Source of the DNA: a virus
DNA length: 64,000 nucleotides
IMG/VR virus record: IMGVR_UViG_3300027082_000001
Span: 1-64,000 of that record
Strand: one strand, 5' to 3'
Below, piece by piece: positions 57,614-64,000 of this stretch. The translations under genes were made by a program, and so were the position numbers. The notes beneath the pieces are model-generated. The model was not told where the DNA came from and searched no databases. It saw only the letters and a program-made list of their open reading frames with translations. Within the stretch, counting starts at the first letter, position 1; each line of letters starts with the position of its first letter.

Positions 57614-57836
57614 GTTTCCATATACCCATGCTGCGGACTTCATTCGACAGATCGTCAGTCTACAGGTATCTCGATCTGAGGCTTCCCAGCTTCGTCAGAA
57701 GATTGCTGAAGCTCTTGACATGGAAGATTCTGAACTCGCAGCCAAACTGGCTATCATTTTCATGCGAGAGAATGATCTCCTGCCTAAACCAACGATGACA
57801 TCAGACGAACTCATGGCTCTCACACGAGAGAAATAG
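57606..57836 (+). CDS. Hypothetical protein
   Basis: GGAG RBS; overlaps the upstream stop. Confidence 0.62.
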   Translation: MSRFPYTHAADFIRQIVSLQVSRSEASQLRQKIAEALDMEDSELAAKLAIIFMRENDLLPKPTMTSDELMALTREK

Positions 57837-57853
57837 CGTGCCTCTTCTGCAAC

Positions 57854-57921
57854 TGTGCAAAAATACACACCCCTTGTGCAAAAATGCAGATCTTGACAGG
57901 CTGATTTGAAAAATCTACCTC
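57854..57921 (+). promoter_or_regulatory. Sigma70-type promoter with upstream direct repeats
   Basis: TGTGCAAAAAT at 57854 and 57875; TTGACA(57893)-17 bp-TACCTC. Confidence 0.55.
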
Positions 57922-58141
57922 GTAGGGCAGGGCTGCGGCCTTGGGGGCAAGCCAGGGTGAAATCCGTTCTCACTACAGTGATAACCAGACCGGCCCCGTT
58001 CCCTTACTGTATCCCTCCAGTACACTCACCCCTCACCCGAAAGGGAACAGAGTTACTGATCCTGCACCCCTCCTGAGAAGATCCTTTACCTATACCCATC
58101 GGTTATCGACGAACAAACGCCAGTTTGTGAGGAGCATATCT

Positions 58142-58273
58142 ATGTCTAAACCAAGTCTGACAGATCTCATGAACCAGATCGAAAACTGGAAGATTCAAAC
58201 CATGAAAGAGATTGAGCTTTATGACCGTCGAGAGTTAGCTCGTGGAGTAGCTTCTGCATTACTCTCAAAATAG
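58142..58273 (+). CDS. Small hypothetical protein (43 aa)
   Basis: GAGGAG RBS before ATG 58142. Confidence 0.5.
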   Translation: MSKPSLTDLMNQIENWKIQTMKEIELYDRRELARGVASALLSK

Positions 58274-58279
58274 CTCTTA

Positions 58280-58530
58280 AAATGGGGGTCTGGGAGATTA
58301 ATAACCCCACTAATCTGAGAGTAAGTTTCTGTTCTCAGTTTGTTCCCCTATATGGTGACAGCCTCAGCATAAAATTTCCATTGGTGATTTTCGCTATACT
58401 GTCGAGGGTGGAGGGGTTTCTGTGTGTGGAGTTACACACCCTGACCCCACCCCCCCACCTTCAAATTACACACATTGGACTGCCCCCCATTTATTACACA
58501 CCCTGATACACACCCAGATCATTACACTCC
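58280..58530. repeat. Non-coding repeat-rich region; probable genome terminus / terminal repeat junction
   Basis: TTACACACCCTGA at 58432 and 58494, TACACACCC at 58507, G/C runs. Lies between the last N4-order genes and the first early promoter. Confidence 0.55.
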
Positions 58531-58537
58531 AGTTATG

Positions 58538-58555
58538 CAGGCTTCGCCTGTCTTG
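58538..58555 (+). promoter_or_regulatory. vRNAP hairpin promoter 1
   Basis: CAGGC-TTC-GCCTG-TCTTG; the template strand forms a C-GAA-G triloop hairpin as in N4 early promoters. Confidence 0.8.
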
Positions 58556-58586
58556 GCACTTCAACCCAGTCATAGGAGATCATACC

Positions 58587-58874
58587 ATGGGAATCTTTGC
58601 CTCAACTCGCAATGCCATCTGCTCCGTCCTCGATACCGTCACCGATGTGGCTGATACCGCAGGAAAAAGCGTCAGCATGGCAACCACTTATGTGGACAAT
58701 CGTGCATTCGTCTTCGAAGATGAAGATGCTGCCGTAGTTGCTACTGCCTCTGCTAAACGTCAAGCTGAACTCAAGCGTGAACTGGAAGCCGACGAGGATG
58801 CAACCGAGATCTACAACGACCTCATCAAGCGCATGGAAACTCGTCGTGAAGCACGTCGCTCCAACCGCACCTAA
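58587..58874 (+). CDS. First early gene (gp1 position), hypothetical
   Basis: AGGAG RBS, ATG 58587, directly after promoter 1. Confidence 0.72.
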   Translation: MGIFASTRNAICSVLDTVTDVADTAGKSVSMATTYVDNRAFVFEDEDAAVVATASAKRQAELKRELEADEDATEIYNDLIKRMETRREARRSNRT

Positions 58875-58880
58875 CCAACT

Positions 58881-58908
58881 GGCTCTCCCTACCACCATAG
58901 GGGGAGTC
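58881..58908 (+). terminator. Hairpin after the first early gene
   Basis: GGCTCTCCCTA-ccacca-TAGGGGGAGTC; weak U-tract. Confidence 0.5.
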
Positions 58909-59009
58909 GGAACCGTTTCCCAGATAGACTGACTGATAGACCACTATACTCAGACTAAAGTCTAGCTTGGTAACTGAATTCAACTTTCCCTCAACTCAGG
59001 AGAACTCAG

Positions 59010-59297
59010 ATGACACCTGTCATGCCCTCTGTCACGTATGTCTACGCTCAACTGCTCCAAGGTCGTGACATCCTCTCTCAGAAGATCTCAGACCAAGCCA
59101 ATTGGATTCACTGCATGATTGGAGTCATGAGCAATATCAAACCAACCAGCTTAGATATTGCTCAACTCGAAGACGCGAAAACCAGAAGAGATCAGATGAT
59201 CCAAGACCTTGACTGGTGCGAGAAGTTCATCACTGAAATCGAAACCTGTGGCTGTCTTGAAAAAGACATAGAAGCTCAACCTCTCAACATCCCCTAA
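59010..59297 (+). CDS. Early hypothetical protein
   Basis: AGGAG RBS. Confidence 0.65.
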   Translation: MTPVMPSVTYVYAQLLQGRDILSQKISDQANWIHCMIGVMSNIKPTSLDIAQLEDAKTRRDQMIQDLDWCEKFITEIETCGCLEKDIEAQPLNIP

Positions 59298-59319
59298 ATT
59301 TCTGTGAAAGGATACCAGC

Positions 59320-59478
59320 ATGAAACTGTTCTGGAACCTCATCACCATCATTGGACTGCTGCTTGTAGTGGGGGCAATCCTTACCTTTCCACCTCTGCTA
59401 CTGACTCTCACCCTATTCCACGAAGGCAAAATGCCTTGGAACAGAGAGAAAGAAGCAGGAATCTCAGGAGATATCTGA
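59320..59478 (+). CDS. Small early membrane protein (52 aa; not in ORF track)
   Basis: AAGGA RBS; MKLFWNLITIIGLLLVVGAILTFPPLLLTLTLF... Confidence 0.55.
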   Translation: MKLFWNLITIIGLLLVVGAILTFPPLLLTLTLFHEGKMPWNREKEAGISGDI

Positions 59479-59479
59479 A

Positions 59480-59788
59480 ATGACAACATCAAACGTCATC
59501 CACACAATGGATGCACAACAACAGAACCAACTGATCGAACAAGATCGGGTAAACTACCAATTCACCATTGGTGGTGAACTGTTCCGTGCATCCTATCTGC
59601 CTTTCCTCAAGACCATCGTCTTCACACAGATCACACACAATCACAGTGAAGAGGCTAAGATGGAGGCAGGTCAATTCGTCCTGACCAGACGGTTCATAAA
59701 TCCTACACCTCACCAATCCTTGGTCTGGAACGAAGTCGTCAATTACCTCGATCACACACCCGCAGAAAGGGAGAAATACTATGCTTGA
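59480..59788 (+). CDS. Early hypothetical protein
   Basis: AGGAG RBS. Confidence 0.65.
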   Translation: MTTSNVIHTMDAQQQNQLIEQDRVNYQFTIGGELFRASYLPFLKTIVFTQITHNHSEEAKMEAGQFVLTRRFINPTPHQSLVWNEVVNYLDHTPAEREKYYA

Positions 59789-59987
59789 AATCATCCTCTA
59801 CGTCCTTATGGCAGCACCTTCTGCCACTGATGATCACGTCATGAACTATGCTGTTCCTCTGGGAATCTACTCCTCAGCTTTGGACTGTGCTGAAGCAGCA
59901 AGCTGGATTGACGAACATGGCATGACACTGCCGCGTCATCTGTTCTGTATGCCAATGCAGATCATCCCGGAAGGGGAAGCTTTGTGA
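59781..59987 (+). CDS. Early hypothetical protein with hydrophobic N-terminus
   Basis: GGGAG RBS; overlap with the upstream gene. Confidence 0.55.
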   Translation: MLEIILYVLMAAPSATDDHVMNYAVPLGIYSSALDCAEAASWIDEHGMTLPRHLFCMPMQIIPEGEAL

Positions 59988-60116
59988 CTTCACCTGTGAA
60001 ATCTCATGGCAACAAAGCACATCTCTTTCCCCCATTGATGACCCAAGAAAAGATAGATGCTGACGTATCTGTGACTCTCTGTTCTCGGTGCATTCAATGG
60101 ACCATCAACCTCAGAA

Positions 60117-60135
60117 ACCGGCTTCGCCGGTCTTG
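60117..60135 (+). promoter_or_regulatory. vRNAP hairpin promoter 2
   Basis: ACCGGC-TTC-GCCGGT-CTTG upstream of gp2. Confidence 0.82.
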
Positions 60136-60187
60136 GGAATAATCCCAAACATCAACCAACTAACCATGCAATGAAGGAGAAATCATC

Positions 60188-60592
60188 ATGGCTTTCAAAC
60201 CCGCAGCAAGTAAGACTGTTCCGACCTCGAAGAAGCGTTCCAACGTCGATGAAGACGAGTTCGCAGGTCTGTGGATCAACGTCGGCGTCGTTACCGCACC
60301 GGAAGGTGAAGAAGGTGCCGAGAAGTTCAACCGTCTGCCTCGTGGCATCGCAGTGAGCGACCTCGAACAGCACCGTATCTATGCGAACGCGCATGAGCGG
60401 AATCCCGAATGGGCCGAAGAGGCTCAGATCGTGAACGCTCTGATCCAGAAGATCCGCGAGAAATCGGCTACGTTGGGTGAAGGTGAGTCCATGCCGCTGA
60501 ACTTCAGCGTTCAACTCTACCGTCGTCAGGAGCAGGTCGAATCCGTGGCCGCTCCGGAGGTCAGCGTGGACCTCGACTCTCTGTTCGGCTAA
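60188..60592 (+). CDS. N4 gp2-like ssDNA-binding activator of RNAP II
   Basis: LWINVG, RLPRGI, LGEGES, VQLYRR motifs; early position; AAGGAG RBS. Confidence 0.78.
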   Translation: MAFKPAASKTVPTSKKRSNVDEDEFAGLWINVGVVTAPEGEEGAEKFNRLPRGIAVSDLEQHRIYANAHERNPEWAEEAQIVNALIQKIREKSATLGEGESMPLNFSVQLYRRQEQVESVAAPEVSVDLDSLFG

Positions 60593-60669
60593 GGCTCGAA
60601 CCCATGTCCTGAGCATGACATAAAACTGCTCATCGTCATCATCATCATCCTCATCTGGAGATATATCTC

Positions 60670-60846
60670 ATGCCGATGAACCCCAACATCACTCCTGCCA
60701 TGAAACCTGAAGTCCAGAATCCTCAGATTCCGGATCTTCAACAGTATATCAAGGACAAACTCAAAGAAATTATTCACATGAAGGCGTCGAAGTCGCAAGA
60801 CTACGACACCTCGTTTACGTGGGCATTCGTGAAAGCACTTCACTGA
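60670..60846 (+). CDS. Small hypothetical protein (58 aa; not in ORF track)
   Basis: GGAG RBS; ends just before a terminator. Confidence 0.5.
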   Translation: MPMNPNITPAMKPEVQNPQIPDLQQYIKDKLKEIIHMKASKSQDYDTSFTWAFVKALH

Positions 60847-60867
60847 ACCATGTTCATACGACTAAAG

Positions 60868-60909
60868 ACTGGCTTCTCAACTTCATGTTGGGAAGCCAGT
60901 TCTTTTTTT
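60868..60909 (+). terminator. Rho-independent terminator
   Basis: ACTGGCTTCTCAAC-ttcat-GTTGGGAAGCCAGT followed by TCTTTTTTT. Confidence 0.88.
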
Positions 60910-60974
60910 CCAACTCAAGTTCTTGTTTTTTGGAGAGCAGATAGACCTGAGATCTGACTCACACCTATATGGTG

Positions 60975-60992
60975 GCGGCTTCGCCGCTCTTG
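60975..60992 (+). promoter_or_regulatory. vRNAP hairpin promoter 3
   Basis: GCGGC-TTC-GCCGC-TCTTG upstream of RNAP1. Confidence 0.8.
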
Positions 60993-61096
60993 CGCTTTGC
61001 GCCTAACTCGGGATTCCAACATCTATAAACTGAAAGTTCCGAAATGTGGCTGAAGTGACTAAACTAAACCCAACACTAACCACAGGAGAAAACCCC

Positions 61097-61888
61097 ATGG
61101 AAATGACTGAAAACATGGTCGAAACTCAGCGAAATCTTGAGGAACTGTTCCATCGGAATCAGTTGCTGGATGTACTGCGTGAGCAATTCCAGCCTCTGAC
61201 TGATGACCCGTTCAAACTCGACTGTGTGGTACAGATCTACCTGCACAAGCAGGCTGATGTACCAACCATGGTGGGACTGTTCAGCCCGAAGTGGGGAACA
61301 CCACAAGAAGTGGCTGAGATGCTCAAGGAAGTCGTGGAAGATGACCTCATCGACTTCAACATGGAACACATGAAGTTCGTGTTAAAGTACGAGATCACTG
61401 CTGATGTGGAAGAACAACTGGCCAACTACCAGTTTCCTCTGCCAATGGTGGTTCCACCTCGCAAGGTGCAGAACAATCACATGGGCAGTGGCTACATCGA
61501 CCGTCGTGGGAAAATCATCCTTAATGGATCTGATGTCTTCGACGACGAAGACGTATGTCTCGACCATATAAACCGAGCCAACAGTGTCGGTCTGTCTCTG
61601 AACATGAATGTCATCGCATCTGAAGAAGGTCACATGATCCTACCCAAGAGAAAGATCGGTGAGAGCTTCGACGAATTCCAGAAGCGTCAGAAACAAGCCA
61701 AGGTGTTCTATGAGAACTCTATGAATGTCATGCAGGGACTGCTGACTCTCGGAAACGAGTTCTGGCTGACATGGAAATATGATAGACGTGGAAGGTCATA
61801 CTGTGTAGGATATCACGTAAACGCACAAGGAACGGAATATAACAAAGCGGTCCTTGAGCTTCACAACAAAGAGGTCATTACAGGATGA
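61097..61888 (+). CDS. RNA polymerase II subunit 1 (N4 gp15, RNAP1)
   Basis: FPLPMVVPP and YDRRGRSY (DxRGR) motifs; AGGAG RBS before ATG 61097. Confidence 0.9.
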   Translation: MEMTENMVETQRNLEELFHRNQLLDVLREQFQPLTDDPFKLDCVVQIYLHKQADVPTMVGLFSPKWGTPQEVAEMLKEVVEDDLIDFNMEHMKFVLKYEITADVEEQLANYQFPLPMVVPPRKVQNNHMGSGYIDRRGKIILNGSDVFDDEDVCLDHINRANSVGLSLNMNVIASEEGHMILPKRKIGESFDEFQKRQKQAKVFYENSMNVMQGLLTLGNEFWLTWKYDRRGRSYCVGYHVNAQGTEYNKAVLELHNKEVITG

Positions 61889-62412
61889 AAACAAAACCAC
61901 TTCCATCACAAGCTGAGTTATGTGAACTGCTTGAGTATGATCCAGTCACTGGATCTCTCAAGTGGAAACCAAGATCTGACAAATACTCAGATTATTTGAG
62001 GTTCAATAAACGACATGCAGGACGTGAAGCATTTACTTGTGTCTCACGAGGGTATCGCACAGGATCGATTTATGGAACTAACTACAAAGCTGCACGAGTG
62101 ATTTGGAAAATGATTCATGGACATGATCCAGAAATCATTGACCATACTGATGGCAATAAGCTCAACAATCGATTGAGCAATCTCATCAACACTACACAAG
62201 CTCAAAATACCAAAAACCGAGCCAACTACAAAAACAATACATCCGGTTATTCGGGTGTATCTTGGATTACTCGACTTCAGAAATGGCAAGTGACGACTGG
62301 TGGTGCGAAGAATCGCAAATACCATGGCACGTATGCTGATCTTGATGAAGCAATCAAAGTTAAACAACAAGCAGAAAAGGATGAACAATACCATGCAAAC
62401 CATGGACGATAA
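61885..62412 (+). CDS. HNH homing endonuclease with AP2-like C-terminus
   Basis: YDPVTGSLKW, IDHTDGNKLNNRLSNL, NNTSGYSGVSW; AT-richer than its neighbours. Confidence 0.9.
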   Translation: MKTKPLPSQAELCELLEYDPVTGSLKWKPRSDKYSDYLRFNKRHAGREAFTCVSRGYRTGSIYGTNYKAARVIWKMIHGHDPEIIDHTDGNKLNNRLSNLINTTQAQNTKNRANYKNNTSGYSGVSWITRLQKWQVTTGGAKNRKYHGTYADLDEAIKVKQQAEKDEQYHANHGR

Positions 62413-62458
62413 CAAAGCTGTGCTCGAACTGAGCAGAAAGGAAGTCATCAATGGCTGA
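62411..62458 (+). pseudogene. Displaced second copy of the RNAP1 3' end
   Basis: Encodes NKAVLELSRKEVING*, versus NKAVLELHNKEVITG* at 61841-61888. Confidence 0.8.
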
Positions 62459-62780
62459 TCGTAGCTATTTCCCGATGGACGATCTTCGTAAACTCATGGA
62501 CGTAGAGTTTGTGAACAAAAGCAAGATCACCTGCATCAAACATCTACGTTCAATGACAGGAGAAAATCTGAGGGAAATCAAAGACTTCTTCGAACAAGAG
62601 TGGTTGCCATTCATCAATGGCACTCGCACACCACCGAAAGAGATCAAAACCTACATCAGTGAAACTCCTGAATTTGAAGCACTTGTGCAGCAGGTTCGGA
62701 AACTCTCTGAAGAGGTCGATTCTCTCAAGTCCATGAACACACGTTCACGGACAGCAACCATCTTCAACGATGAGGAGTAA
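62451..62780 (+). CDS. Ribosomal protein bL12 C-terminal-domain-like protein
   Basis: KITCIKHLRSMTGENLREIKDFFE resembles the L7/L12 CTD consensus KIxxIKxVRxxTGLGLKEAKDxVE. Confidence 0.6.
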   Translation: MADRSYFPMDDLRKLMDVEFVNKSKITCIKHLRSMTGENLREIKDFFEQEWLPFINGTRTPPKEIKTYISETPEFEALVQQVRKLSEEVDSLKSMNTRSRTATIFNDEE

Positions 62781-62784
62781 ACCA

Positions 62785-62889
62785 ATGAAATGGCCTTTGA
62801 ATTCATTCTGGTATGATCTCTGGGAGAAGATCCTTGGATCTGATCACATGCAGCGAAACTATATCCGCTGTTCCACTGTGAAGTATTGA
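62785..62889 (+). CDS. Possible 34-aa peptide
   Basis: GAGGAG RBS; MKWPLNSFWYDLWEKILGS... Confidence 0.35.
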   Translation: MKWPLNSFWYDLWEKILGSDHMQRNYIRCSTVKY

Positions 62890-62891
62890 TC

Positions 62892-63020
62892 ATGATTATC
62901 GTCAATGGTCAGACCAAATCCTTGGTCATCTTCGGGGAAGTCACACCCAATGACTTCCAAAAATTCATGGCTCAAATGGCTCATGCCATCAGCCTACATC
63001 ATGGAGGAGATCCAGCATGA
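62892..63020 (+). CDS. Possible 42-aa peptide
   Basis: Starts 2 nt after the previous stop; ATGA overlap with the next gene. Confidence 0.4.
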   Translation: MIIVNGQTKSLVIFGEVTPNDFQKFMAQMAHAISLHHGGDPA

Positions 63021-63262
63021 TTACTGGAGAAGACGTACAACGCTGCAAAGAAGAGAAGCAAGGAGTGAAACTCGTTGTCGTCGATACGATGCAGTTCTTC
63101 GAATTCGAGATTCCTGAAACCATGGATCCCGAAGAGTTCGTAGATTCTGATACCTGTCGCATGGAGTGTGCGATGAGGATCATGAATCAAACCACTGATC
63201 TCATTATCGACCGTGTTTGCACTCAGTATGATACGGAAAATGAAATGTGGCATGACATATGA
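63017..63262 (+). CDS. Hypothetical acidic protein
   Basis: GGAGG RBS; ATGA overlaps. Confidence 0.62.
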   Translation: MITGEDVQRCKEEKQGVKLVVVDTMQFFEFEIPETMDPEEFVDSDTCRMECAMRIMNQTTDLIIDRVCTQYDTENEMWHDI

Positions 63263-63543
63263 GCCACGAAATCCCAAAGACAGCATTGGAGGACAGGCAC
63301 TATCTGTGTCTGTCCATTTCAGAGTACAAAGCATTCGCTGAAGCCTTGGCGAACAACTGCTTTCTGAATCGTGATGCACAACCGTGCTCCATTCGAAAGG
63401 CTAGAACCAAAAAGCTCAAGAATATCCGTGCAAACATTCGCAAGCATAAATTCCTGATGAACTCTCTCATCTGGAAGGAGCAATTGCGTCGGATTGAAAT
63501 GGAGCTTGTCAAAAGACAGAAGGAACCTCGTCATGCCCGGTAA
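63259..63543 (+). CDS. Hypothetical basic protein
   Basis: ATGA overlap; 94 aa. Confidence 0.55.
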   Translation: MSHEIPKTALEDRHYLCLSISEYKAFAEALANNCFLNRDAQPCSIRKARTKKLKNIRANIRKHKFLMNSLIWKEQLRRIEMELVKRQKEPRHAR

Positions 63544-63729
63544 CAGGGAAACTTTTCTATGGTGGTCATAAGCCAACGCAGCAAAGCACCTAGTCGTGCC
63601 TGAGTCTGCCAGCAAAGCCGAGATCCACAGAGATTCTGAAGGCTACTGGCTCAACGTCTGGTGGTTATGTGGAGTCATTGCTCCCCTCACCATTCAAGAA
63701 CACATACAAGCATCTGAAGGAGAAGTATC

Positions 63730-64000
63730 ATGCTGAAGGTCCAGCAATTTCGTGAACTAACAGGCAAAGAGTATCTCATGGCTGACATCGCCTGTAAGCA
63801 CGACAAAGCCTATGAAAAACTGGGCTGGGATGAGCGACTGGCTCACTTCGCAGAGATCGACTTCAAGGACAAAAAGACGTTCAAGGAAGCATCAAACCCC
63901 GTGGGACTGCGTGCAGCTTATCTGGCTATGGAAGATGCCATGAACCAAAAACCCAGTGGTTACATGATCAGCCTCGACGCCGCATCGTCAGGACTGCAAC
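63730..64000 (+). CDS. RNA polymerase II subunit 2 (N4 gp16, RNAP2), 3'-truncated by window edge
   Basis: AAGGAG RBS. Translates MLKVQQFRELTGKEYLMADIA...GYMISLDAASSGLQ (motif A DAxxSGLQ). Not in the ORF track. Confidence 0.88.
   Translation, partial: MLKVQQFRELTGKEYLMADIACKHDKAYEKLGWDERLAHFAEIDFKDKKTFKEASNPVGLRAAYLAMEDAMNQKPSGYMISLDAASSGLQ

Noticed and set aside
57922-58082. FMN riboswitch (AGGGCAGGG, GGTGAAAT, GACCGGC, GAGAAGA fragments)
   Set aside because: Spacing is wrong, the second half of the consensus is missing, and there is no flavin gene downstream. Kept only as an unknown RNA candidate.
61839-62408. Group I intron in RNAP1 (a T|...G| join would restore the frame, E-Y-N-K)
   Set aside because: The interval is fully occupied by the replacement C-terminus and the HNH ORF. 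No P3-P7 core is visible, and RNAP1 is complete without splicing.
1-64000. tRNA genes, integrase, transposase
   Set aside because: No cloverleaf or recombinase motifs were found by eye, and the GGTTCGA hits I noticed lie within CDSs. tRNAscan-SE would be decisive.

Overview
This window is about 64 kb of an N4-like podovirus genome (Schitoviridae). The gene set (thioredoxin, class II RNR, Rhodobacteraceae-type holin, bL12-like gene) points to a roseophage infecting a marine alphaproteobacterium; the host is inferred, not shown. The assembly is circularly permuted. 1-20.2 kb (+) holds middle/replication genes: MazG-like NTP-PPase, trx, rIIA/rIIB, HNH, nrdJ, helicase, DNA polymerase A, exonuclease, primase, AAA ATPase, SSB, RusA-like. 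20.4-57.1 kb (-) holds late genes: a 3627-aa virion RNA polymerase, virion proteins, MCP, portal, lysis cassette, terminase, and a foreign-looking tail cassette with a DUF285-repeat protein and a heme-oxygenase-like gene. The probable genome terminus lies at about 57.8-58.5 kb. Early genes follow, with three vRNAP hairpin promoters, gp2 and the split RNAP II (gp15/gp16). The most notable observations are: (1) the heme oxygenase/DUF285 tail cassette; (2) an HNH endonuclease at the RNAP1 3' end flanked by two differently coded copies of the RNAP1 C-terminus; (3) several highly structured intergenic RNA candidates; (4) a RusA-like gene with internal starts and SSB-like tails. All calls come from motif and synteny recognition by eye; no searches were run.
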